DNA of 44,863 nucleotides from Gemmatimonadaceae bacterium. Lineage in GTDB: Bacteria; Gemmatimonadota; Gemmatimonadetes; Gemmatimonadales; Gemmatimonadaceae. The position numbers were made by a program, and so were the translations under genes. The stretch spans positions 1-44,863 of the forward strand of contig JANOIJ010000203.1 of the NCBI GenBank assembly GCA_031407575.1, read 5' to 3'. The stretch's first letter is position 1; the number at the start of each line of letters is the position of its first letter. The notes below the pieces were generated by a model, which searched no databases, had not been told where the DNA came from, and saw nothing but the letters and a program-made list of their open reading frames with translations. Shown piece after piece: positions 35,844 through 42,907 of this stretch.

Positions 35844-35977
35844 GGCAACTACGGAAGAGCGGGGTTTCACATTTTACGGATTCTACGGAGACTGCCGGAT
35901 ACGGCAGAAGCTCCTTCTGTTCCGTGGTATCCGGCAGTTTCCGAAGCATCCGTAGAATCCGTCAACGCGCTGTTGAC
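35844..35977. repeat. Family-B structured element, copy 2: three nested perfect stems (TACGGATTCTACGGA/TCCGTAGAATCCGTA; CTGCCGGATAC/GTATCCGGCAG; CAGAAG/CTTCTG) plus the palindrome GTCAAC-N5-GTTGAC
   Basis: It is about 85% identical to 3337-3513 in the leader (GGNAACTACGGAAnAGCG) and in the right arm (CCGGCAGTTTCCGnnGCATCCGTnnAATCCGTCAA). It lies between convergent gene ends (35829 and 36042) and is AT-richer than the surrounding sequence. Confidence 0.7.
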
Positions 35978-36041
35978 ACGCGGATGCCCAGTTCGCATGC
36001 GCGCATCGACACGTGGCGTTCGACAACGACAACTACTCCGC

Positions 36042-37913
36042 CTACGGCCGCAACGGTGCCCGCACCGCGCTGCCGGTTCGCTCCGCCGTGTGCACGACCA
36101 GCGACAGGCGGCCCGCCATCAGGTCCGCGCGCTCGGCCGCATTCAGCGTGAGCGTTCCCCGCGCCTGGCTCGATCCTGAAAGTCCGAGTCGCCGAACCAC
36201 CGGGCCCGCATGACCCGCGCTATCGCGACTGAGGCTCATGAGCCTGACACGGCTCGCGACCGGATTCGCCACGCGCACGTCGTAGTCGAGCGCGCGCTTG
36301 GTGACATCGAACGAGAACGTGCCGCGGATCGTGCCGCCGGAGCCGGATGCCACAGCGGTGAAGGCGACGGGCGCCGGTGCCGTGCCACGCACGAGCGGCG
36401 GAGTCGTTGCCGGCGCGCGGCGCGGATGCGACGACTGCTCGTAGTCGTACGCCATGGCGACGAGGCGCGCGTCGGAGAGTGAGCGCCCGAGCAACTCGAC
36501 ACCGATCGGCAAACTGTCCGGTGTGAAGCCCGCGGGAATGGACAGCGCGGGCAGGCCGCTGACTGCGCTGATGCTGCAGGTCGAGCCGCGCTGCGGCTCG
36601 CCGATGAGTGCCGCCTTGCGCGTGAGCGTCGGATAGGCGAGCGCGTCGAGGCGGTTCACGTCCATGAGTGCGACGAGCGTATCGCGCGCGACGACCCGAT
36701 TCGCCAGGGCCGCGCGATACGGCGCGCCGTCTCGCGTGCCGCGCAACTCGCGTCGACGAAACTGCGCCTCGAGCGCCGTGTGGTACAGTCCGCGCTCGAG
36801 GATCTCACCGAGCGAACGAACCGGCGCGTTGGGTATCTGCGCAAGAAAGTCGAGCAGGTCGAACTTGAACTCGAAGTCGATCACGGCTGCCCTCGTCATG
36901 ATCGTGTCCAGCCCCGGCGTGGCGATCTCGATGATCTCGGCGCCGCGCGACTTCATCTGGTCCAGCGCAGCTCGTACGACGCGCGAGCCCTCCTGGTCGT
37001 CGGCCTCCGTGCCGAAGAACGACCTGAGGACACCGATGCGCGTTCCGCGCAACGACGTGGAATCGAGCGACGCGACGAAGCGAGGAAGTGCACGTCCCTC
37101 GAGGACGCGTGTCGCGGAGTCTGCGCCGTCCGGGCCGATGGTTGCGTCGAGCGCTATGGCGAGATCCATCACCGTGCGCGCCATCGGACCACCGACGTCC
37201 TGCGTGTGCGAGAGCGGCACGATACCGGTGATGCTCGACAATCCCTTCGTGGGCCGCAGGCCGAACAGGTTGTGCACGGCGCTCGGGGTGCGGATGGAGC
37301 CGCACGTGTCCGAGCCGAAGGCGACTGCGGCAAAGCTCGCGGCCACTGCTGCGCCGCTTCCGCCGCTGGAGCCACCCGGATACCTGTCCGGGTCGTACGG
37401 GTTGCACGTCTGTCCGCCGAACGAGCTGATGCTGGTGATGCCTGCGGCCAGCTCGTGGAGATTCGACTTGGCGAGAATGATCGCGCCGGCGTCGCGCAGT
37501 CGACGCACCTGGAACGCATCGTCCGGCGTCTGCAGATCCGCCAGTGCGATGGAACCGCCGGATGTCGGCATGTCGCGCGTGGCGTAGTTGTCCTTGAGGA
37601 TGACGGGAATGCCGTGCAGCGGGCCGCGCACGGTGCCCGCCTTGCGCTCGGCGTCGAGCGCCGCGGCGTTCGCGCGAGCCAGCGGGTTGATGCGAATGAT
37701 CGCGTTCAACGACGGCCCGCGATGATCGTACGCCGCGATGCGTGCGAGGTACGCGTCGACCAGCGCGACGGCGGTCGTGCGGCCCGCCGCCATCGCCGCC
37801 TGCAACTCAGGAATGGATGCTTCGTATACGACGTCCGTCCTCGTGCGCTGCGCGAGTGCCGGCGACGCACCGAGAAGGAGGGCTATGATCGCGAGACGCG
37901 AGGCGCCGAGCAT
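36042..37913 (-). CDS. Amidase (amidase-signature family), exported
   Basis: 623 aa with a signal peptide (IIALLLGASPALAQ). The amidase-signature region is GGSSGGSGAAVAASFAAVAFGSDTCGSIRTPSA, and the catalytic Lys/Ser context is LHGIPVILKDN. Confidence 0.88.
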   Translation of the reverse strand: MLGASRLAIIALLLGASPALAQRTRTDVVYEASIPELQAAMAAGRTTAVALVDAYLARIAAYDHRGPSLNAIIRINPLARANAAALDAERKAGTVRGPLHGIPVILKDNYATRDMPTSGGSIALADLQTPDDAFQVRRLRDAGAIILAKSNLHELAAGITSISSFGGQTCNPYDPDRYPGGSSGGSGAAVAASFAAVAFGSDTCGSIRTPSAVHNLFGLRPTKGLSSITGIVPLSHTQDVGGPMARTVMDLAIALDATIGPDGADSATRVLEGRALPRFVASLDSTSLRGTRIGVLRSFFGTEADDQEGSRVVRAALDQMKSRGAEIIEIATPGLDTIMTRAAVIDFEFKFDLLDFLAQIPNAPVRSLGEILERGLYHTALEAQFRRRELRGTRDGAPYRAALANRVVARDTLVALMDVNRLDALAYPTLTRKAALIGEPQRGSTCSISAVSGLPALSIPAGFTPDSLPIGVELLGRSLSDARLVAMAYDYEQSSHPRRAPATTPPLVRGTAPAPVAFTAVASGSGGTIRGTFSFDVTKRALDYDVRVANPVASRVRLMSLSRDSAGHAGPVVRRLGLSGSSQARGTLTLNAAERADLMAGRLSLVVHTAERTGSAVRAPLRP

Positions 37914-38043
37914 GGCAGCGATGGTGGGAGGAGCGTGATTATGGGTCCGACACGCATGCGCCGCAACATCGCACTGGTGGCCGGCATGGGGTCGTCACTC
38001 CATCTTTCCGCGACGCCATCGCCCACCTCTCATCTCGACGCTC

Positions 38044-38508
38044 ATGACCCGCTCCGCCTCCACGCTTTTGTGCGCTGCCGTAGTGGCCCTTGGCAGCATC
38101 GGTTGCAGCGCCGCGCAGCCGGCCGTCGCCGCCATGCCCTCGCCGCAGTTTCCGCCGACGACCGGCGCCGGACGCGCGTTCTCGCCGTTCGTGCGCGCGA
38201 ACGGATTCATCTTCCTTGCGGGGCAACTCGGCACGGACAGCACGGGCAGGCTCGCCGCCGGCGGCATCAAGGAGGAGACGCGGCAGACCATGACCAATAT
38301 CAAGAACATCCTCGAGCGGAACGGCTCGTCGATGGACAAGGTGGTGAAGTGCCTCGTGCTGCTCACCGACATCGCGGACCGGCAGGCGATGTCCGAGGTC
38401 TACGTGACGTTCTTCGCGGCGGACAAGCGTCCCGCGCGGACGGCGGCGGGCGTCAGCGCACTCGCGCTCAACGGGAAGGTCGAGATCGAGTGCGTCGCGA
38501 CGGAGTGA
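38044..38508 (+). CDS. RidA/YjgF-family protein with N-terminal signal peptide
   Basis: 154 aa. The signal is STLLCAAVVALGSIGCSA, and the RidA core is FIFLAGQLGTD...ETRQTMTNIKNILE...VVKCLVLLTDIAD...PARTAAGVSALALNGKVEIECVA. Confidence 0.85.
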   Translation: MTRSASTLLCAAVVALGSIGCSAAQPAVAAMPSPQFPPTTGAGRAFSPFVRANGFIFLAGQLGTDSTGRLAAGGIKEETRQTMTNIKNILERNGSSMDKVVKCLVLLTDIADRQAMSEVYVTFFAADKRPARTAAGVSALALNGKVEIECVATE

Positions 38509-38509
38509 T

Positions 38510-38610
38510 GTTGTCATCCTGAGCCCAGCGTTGTCATCCTGAACGCAGTGAAGGATCTGCACCTCAGCACGACGGGACGTGCAGATCCTTCGCTGCGCTC
38601 AGGATGACAC
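38510..38610. repeat. Family-A repeat element (two forward units, a 16-nt loop, and an inverted unit)
   Basis: It starts 2 nt after the RidA stop and ends 4 nt before the stop of the convergent FAD-oxidoreductase gene. Confidence 0.85.
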
Positions 38611-38613
38611 CTG

Positions 38614-40047
38614 TTAGCGCTTCGGAGGAATCGCAGCGGTTGGCGGAGGAGTGGGCTCGTACTCCTTGGCGGGAATCCGGAACCGCTTTGCGATCGCCGC
38701 GTCGCCATCGTCGCCGAGCATGCGTTGCGCGAGGTATTCGCCGACCACCGGCGCGAACTTGAATCCTTCCGCGTTGCCACCGCCGGCGAGCCAAACGTTC
38801 GACATCCGCGGATGACGATCGATGATGAAGTCGCGACTCGACGTCGACTCGTAGTGGCACGAATGCGTCTGGAGAATCGGCGCCGACTTCATGATCGGAA
38901 ATCGCTGCTCCAGCAGCCGACGCGAGCCCTCGAGACGGCTGGCGTCTGGCCAGCGGTCGCTGAAGTCCGGATCCAATTGCGAGGGCGGCGTTGGCGGGCG
39001 CGGTGGTGCGGGCGGCGGCGCGACCACTGGCGCACCTGGCACCGGCGCCGCCTCGCGTCGGCTCGCACTGCCGCGCACGCGAAAGCCGCGGTTGTCCACC
39101 GGCAGCGCCGCCCACCCGGTGACCCCGGGAAAATTCCAGCTCGGCAGGTTCGGAAAGGTGAAGCGCTCGTCGTTCGGCGGAGTGCCGTAGTAGATCGCGG
39201 TGCCCATCGGCGTCCGCGTGCGATTGTACAGGACGTCGGGGAACGTCTTGCCGAGCCACGGACCAAGCGCGAACACGAACTGCTCCGCGCGGAGCGTGTG
39301 GCCGGTATCGAGCGCGATCTCCTCGAGCTTGCCGTTCGCGATCTTTGAAATGCGCGCCCGGCCGATGCGGATCGTGCCGCCCGTGCTCTCGAACGCGGCC
39401 GCGACGGCTTGCGTCGCACGCCGAGCGCGGATGACGCCGGCGTCGGTCTCGCTCAGCACGACGGTGATGTCGTCGATGTTGATGACGGGCCAGCGATAGC
39501 GCACTTCGTCGGGCGAGAGCACCTCGTGCGGGACCTTGTACTTGTCCCACCACTCCTTCGTCTTCGTCGTAATCGGCTCGGGCTCGGCGCGCATGATCAG
39601 GTCGCCCGTGGTATGCCACAGTCCCTGTGTGGTGTCCTCGCTCCACTCCGCATCGAACGCGCGCCAGCGCTTCATCCCCTCCCGCGCCCACTGGACCCAC
39701 AGCTCCCCGTCGTCGCGATCGCCGTACGACGAGCGAATGCCGCGCGTCTCGTCGCCCGACGTCGAGCGCGCGTTGCCCGGACCGTACGCGTCCACGAGCG
39801 TCACCTTCGCGCCCATCCGGCGCAGGTTCAGCGCCGTGAAGCTACCCCACACCCCAGCGCCGATGACGACGATCTCCGCTGACGAACTCCCGATGAACGG
39901 CAACCGGCGCTTGGGACGAAGCCCGGGCACCTGCTGCGCGTCGGCGACGCCGCCGCCGGCCAGCAGGAGGCCGGCGCCCGCTGCGACCTTCAGGAAATCG
40001 CGCCGCGCGACGGATGCGTTCGGGTCCTTGCCGGCATCATCTACCAT
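38614..40047 (-). CDS. FAD-dependent oxidoreductase (DAO/amino-acid-oxidase-like), Tat-exported, with a proline-rich insertion
   Basis: Start at the internal ATG (MVDDAGKDP...). The twin-arginine signal is RRDFLKVAAGAGLLLAGGG and the FAD-binding fold is IVVIGAGVWGSFTAL. The insert is PVPGAPVVAPPPAPPRPPTPP. Confidence 0.75.
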   Translation of the reverse strand: MVDDAGKDPNASVARRDFLKVAAGAGLLLAGGGVADAQQVPGLRPKRRLPFIGSSSAEIVVIGAGVWGSFTALNLRRMGAKVTLVDAYGPGNARSTSGDETRGIRSSYGDRDDGELWVQWAREGMKRWRAFDAEWSEDTTQGLWHTTGDLIMRAEPEPITTKTKEWWDKYKVPHEVLSPDEVRYRWPVINIDDITVVLSETDAGVIRARRATQAVAAAFESTGGTIRIGRARISKIANGKLEEIALDTGHTLRAEQFVFALGPWLGKTFPDVLYNRTRTPMGTAIYYGTPPNDERFTFPNLPSWNFPGVTGWAALPVDNRGFRVRGSASRREAAPVPGAPVVAPPPAPPRPPTPPSQLDPDFSDRWPDASRLEGSRRLLEQRFPIMKSAPILQTHSCHYESTSSRDFIIDRHPRMSNVWLAGGGNAEGFKFAPVVGEYLAQRMLGDDGDAAIAKRFRIPAKEYEPTPPPTAAIPPKR

Positions 40048-40127
40048 GTCGTCCGCTTGGTGGTGAGGGTGACGGGCCAATATGAAGTTGCCCCAAAAAC
40101 AAATCAAACTCTGCGGTTCCAGACAAC

Positions 40128-40208
40128 TTGTCATCCTGAGCGAAGCGAAGGATCTGCACTTCCGCCGTAGCCAGGTGCAGATCCTTCGCTTGCCTCAGGA
40201 TGACAACC
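40128..40208. repeat. Family-A inverted repeat pair in the divergent promoter region
   Basis: TTGTCATCCTGAGCGAAGCGAAGGATCTGCAC -15 nt- GTGCAGATCCTTCGCTTGCCTCAGGATGACAA. It lies between divergent starts at 40047 (minus strand) and 40263 (plus strand). Confidence 0.85.
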
Positions 40209-40262
40209 TGGCGATCGCCGCCCGCCGGGCGTTCTCGTGCACGCTGACGACGACGCGTATAC

Positions 40263-40808
40263 TTGCGCTCCATGCGAATTGCCAAGCTGTCGCTCAGCGC
40301 GTTGATGCTGGTGAGTGCGTGCGAACGAGCCGAGTCCGACGCGTCGCTCGCGACGCCGTATGCAGCGCGACTCGCGACGACGAATCCGGCGTATGTGCGC
40401 ACGGCCGCCACCGTACGTCGCGACACCGGCGCGAAGCCGGTGGAAACGTTCGCGCTTCCGCAGTACACGGCCGCGCAGTCGCGCGAGGGAGCGGCGGTGT
40501 ACTCGGCCACCTGCGCCCGCTGCCACGCCAATGCGCAGTGGACGGGTGACACATTCGCCGCGGCATGGCAGGACCGCAGGCTGTCGGACTTTCATGATCT
40601 CATCTCGGTGACGATGCCGCAGGACAACCCCGGCGGACTGACGCCGCGGCAATACCTGGATGTAACGGCATACGTCCTTGAGCTTGCCGGCTTTCCGAGC
40701 GGAAACGTCGAGCTGCGCGGAGATTCCGCGACCCTGCGGCACACTCGGCTGGCGATCACACCGCCCCCACCTCGAGCAGTCACCACCAATCCTGTCCCGA
40801 CGAGGTAG
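40263..40808 (+). CDS. c-type cytochrome (class I-like), lipoprotein
   Basis: The signal and lipobox are LSALMLVSACE. There is a single CXXCH heme-binding motif (CARCHAN) preceded by GAAVYSATC. Confidence 0.75.
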   Translation: MRSMRIAKLSLSALMLVSACERAESDASLATPYAARLATTNPAYVRTAATVRRDTGAKPVETFALPQYTAAQSREGAAVYSATCARCHANAQWTGDTFAAAWQDRRLSDFHDLISVTMPQDNPGGLTPRQYLDVTAYVLELAGFPSGNVELRGDSATLRHTRLAITPPPPRAVTTNPVPTR

Positions 40809-40867
40809 CGCTGGTGCATGCCAAACGTCGCGAAGCGCATTGGCGATCCGAGCATCGGTTGACAGTC

Positions 40868-40903
40868 GATCCCCGACCGAAGTAGTCGTCTTCGGGGATT
40901 GTT
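40868..40903 (+). terminator. Imperfect hairpin (CCCCGAccGAAG...CTTCGGGG) followed by TTGTTC
   Basis: It lies 60 nt after the cytochrome c stop. The stem has bulges. Confidence 0.3.
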
Positions 40904-40974
40904 CAGCGACGTTCACGCTCCGCACTGCGCGGCGCGCTTCTGCAGCGTTGGAGCCTGCTTTGCGAAGAGCTCGA

Positions 40975-41016
40975 TTGACTCATCGGCATGAGTTTGGTAT
41001 ACTCATGGTATGAGTA
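40975..41016 (+). promoter_or_regulatory. Near-consensus sigma-70 promoter (TTGACT, 17 nt spacer, TATACT) with two ACTCAT-N3/4-ATGAGT operator palindromes, driving a leaderless vapBC transcript
   Basis: TTGACT is at 40975-40980 and TATACT at 40998-41003. The ATG is at 41010, only 6 nt after the -10. The palindromes are at 40978-40993 and 41000-41016. Confidence 0.65.
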
Positions 41017-41264
41017 AGCGTCTTCAGGTCGCCATCGAGGACTCCGAGTACCGCGAGATGCAGCGCGCGGCGCGCCGGGCCGGCCTTACCATGTCGCAGT
41101 GGGTGCGCGAAGCGCTGAGTGCCATGCGCCGTCGCCAGCCCGCAAGCGACACAGGCAAGAAGCTGAGCGCGGTTCGCGAAGCGGCCCGTCACAGCTATCC
41201 CGCGGGGGACATCGACCAGATGCTTACTGAGATCGAATCAGGCTACCTGGGCGACCCGCCGTGA
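41010..41264 (+). CDS. vapB: Ribbon-helix-helix (CopG/VapB-like) antitoxin
   Basis: 84 aa. The N-terminus ([34 protein letters not shown]) is RHH-like. It overlaps the downstream PIN gene by 4 nt. Confidence 0.75.
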   Translation: MSKRLQVAIEDSEYREMQRAARRAGLTMSQWVREALSAMRRRQPASDTGKKLSAVREAARHSYPAGDIDQMLTEIESGYLGDPP

Positions 41265-41653
41265 TCTTCGTCGATTCCAACATTCCCATGTACCTGATCG
41301 GCGCCTATCACCCTCATAAGGCGGATGCGCAGCGACTGCTGGAGACGGCGATCGCTGCCGGCGAGCGGCTCGTGACCAATGCCGAAGTGTTCCAGGAGAT
41401 CCTTCATCGATATGTCGCTATCGATCGCCGAGACGCAATCCAGCCTGCGTTTGATGCTCTGTCAGCGGTCGTGGATGAGGTGTTCGCCATCGGCATGGCC
41501 GACGTGGAACGGGCGAAGACGATCGTGCATGGAAAGCGGATCTCAGCGCGCGATGCCATTCATCTGGCTACCATGCAACGGAGTGGCGTCGATCGGATCA
41601 TGAGCTTCGACGCGGGGTTCGAGAACATTCCGGGGATTGTTCGACTACACTGA
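41261..41653 (+). CDS. vapC: PIN-domain ribonuclease toxin
   Basis: 130 aa with an N-terminal acidic residue (MIFVDSNIP, Asp5) and the further conserved acidic positions of the PIN fold (E..., D98, D118). Confidence 0.8.
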   Translation: MIFVDSNIPMYLIGAYHPHKADAQRLLETAIAAGERLVTNAEVFQEILHRYVAIDRRDAIQPAFDALSAVVDEVFAIGMADVERAKTIVHGKRISARDAIHLATMQRSGVDRIMSFDAGFENIPGIVRLH

Positions 41654-41764
41654 CCCCTCCGCAGCCGTGCGGCAGCAGCGTTCCTTCCGCTCGCCACGAC
41701 TTTCCTGTAGTTCCTATCCGCGAACTGCCACGACCCCGAATTCAAATTTCTTCCCGCTTCCCGC

Positions 41765-42817
41765 ATGACGACCCGATTCATCGTTGCCGCGGCGCTCACG
41801 CTGACGTGTGCCGCGCACGCGAACGCGCAGGGCACCGTGCAGCCGACCAACGACGCGCCGAATCCGTACCGATCCGTGGAAGGCTGGGCGAAGCTGCCGG
41901 ACGGACGCACATGGGGCTCCACGAGCGCCGTGGACATCGACCGCGATGGAACGAGTATCTGGATCGCCGAGCGATGCGGCACCAACAGCTGCCTCGGTTC
42001 GTCGCTTCCGTCCGTTCTCAAGTTCGACAGGACGGGCAAGCTGCTCCGGTCCTTCGGCGCAGGGTTGGTGATGTCGCCGCATGGCATTCACGTCGATCGC
42101 GCGGGAAACGTCTGGGTGACGGACTGCTCGTGCACTCGCGCGGCCGCCGGCACGCCGGTGGACAGCAGCGCGGGTCCGCGGGGACACCAGGTCTTCAAGT
42201 TCAGTCCCACCGGCAAGCTGCTGTTGACGCTCGGCAAGGCGGGGGGCGGCCGCGACACGGCGCATTTCTGGCAGCCGAACGACGTCCTCGTCGCACCGAA
42301 CGGCACGATCTTCGTGGCCGAGGGGCATTCGTCGAGCGCGGGGGCCACGGCGCGCATCCTCAAGTTCTCGAAGACTGGCACGCTGTTGAAGACGTGGGGC
42401 ACGCTCGGCAGTGGTCCCACGCAGATGAACCAGCCACACGCGCTGGCCATGGACTCGAAGGGACGTCTGTTCGTGGGCGATCGCGGCAATGACCGCATCC
42501 AGATCTACGACCAGGACGGCGCGCTGCTGGATACGTGGTACCAGTTCAGCCGGCCGAGCGGAATCTTCATCGACGCGAAGGACCGGATGTACGTCGCGGA
42601 TTCGGAATCCGGATCTGTCGCTCCGACGCGCAAGGACTGGAAGCGCGGCATTCGCATCGGCAGCGCGAGAACGGGCGCGGTCTCGGCGTTCATTCCCGAC
42701 CCGAACGAGAATCCGCCGAGCACGAGTGCGGCCGAGGGCGTGGCGGTGGATGCGAAGGGGAACATTTACGGCGCCGAGGTTGGCCCGAAGCGGCTGATGC
42801 GGTATGTGAAGCCGTAG
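41765..42817 (+). CDS. NHL-repeat (six-bladed beta-propeller) exported protein
   Basis: The signal peptide is FIVAAALTLTCAAHANAQG. The blades are of the repeated NHL type (...P.G...D..GN.WV.D...; ...LF.VGDRGNDRIQIYD). Confidence 0.75.
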   Translation: MTTRFIVAAALTLTCAAHANAQGTVQPTNDAPNPYRSVEGWAKLPDGRTWGSTSAVDIDRDGTSIWIAERCGTNSCLGSSLPSVLKFDRTGKLLRSFGAGLVMSPHGIHVDRAGNVWVTDCSCTRAAAGTPVDSSAGPRGHQVFKFSPTGKLLLTLGKAGGGRDTAHFWQPNDVLVAPNGTIFVAEGHSSSAGATARILKFSKTGTLLKTWGTLGSGPTQMNQPHALAMDSKGRLFVGDRGNDRIQIYDQDGALLDTWYQFSRPSGIFIDAKDRMYVADSESGSVAPTRKDWKRGIRIGSARTGAVSAFIPDPNENPPSTSAAEGVAVDAKGNIYGAEVGPKRLMRYVKP

Positions 42818-42835
42818 ACGGGGGCGCTGACAACC

Positions 42836-42907
42836 CTGTCATCCTGAGCGTAGCGAAGGATCTGCACCTGCCGACGTGCAGATCCTTCGCTGCGCTCAGG
42901 ATGACAA
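42836..42907. repeat. Family-A perfect inverted repeat (32-nt arms, 8-nt loop)
   Basis: CTGTCATCCTGAGCGTAGCGAAGGATCTGCAC ctgccgac GTGCAGATCCTTCGCTGCGCTCAGGATGACAA. It fills the gap between convergent stops (42817 and 42908). Confidence 0.9.
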
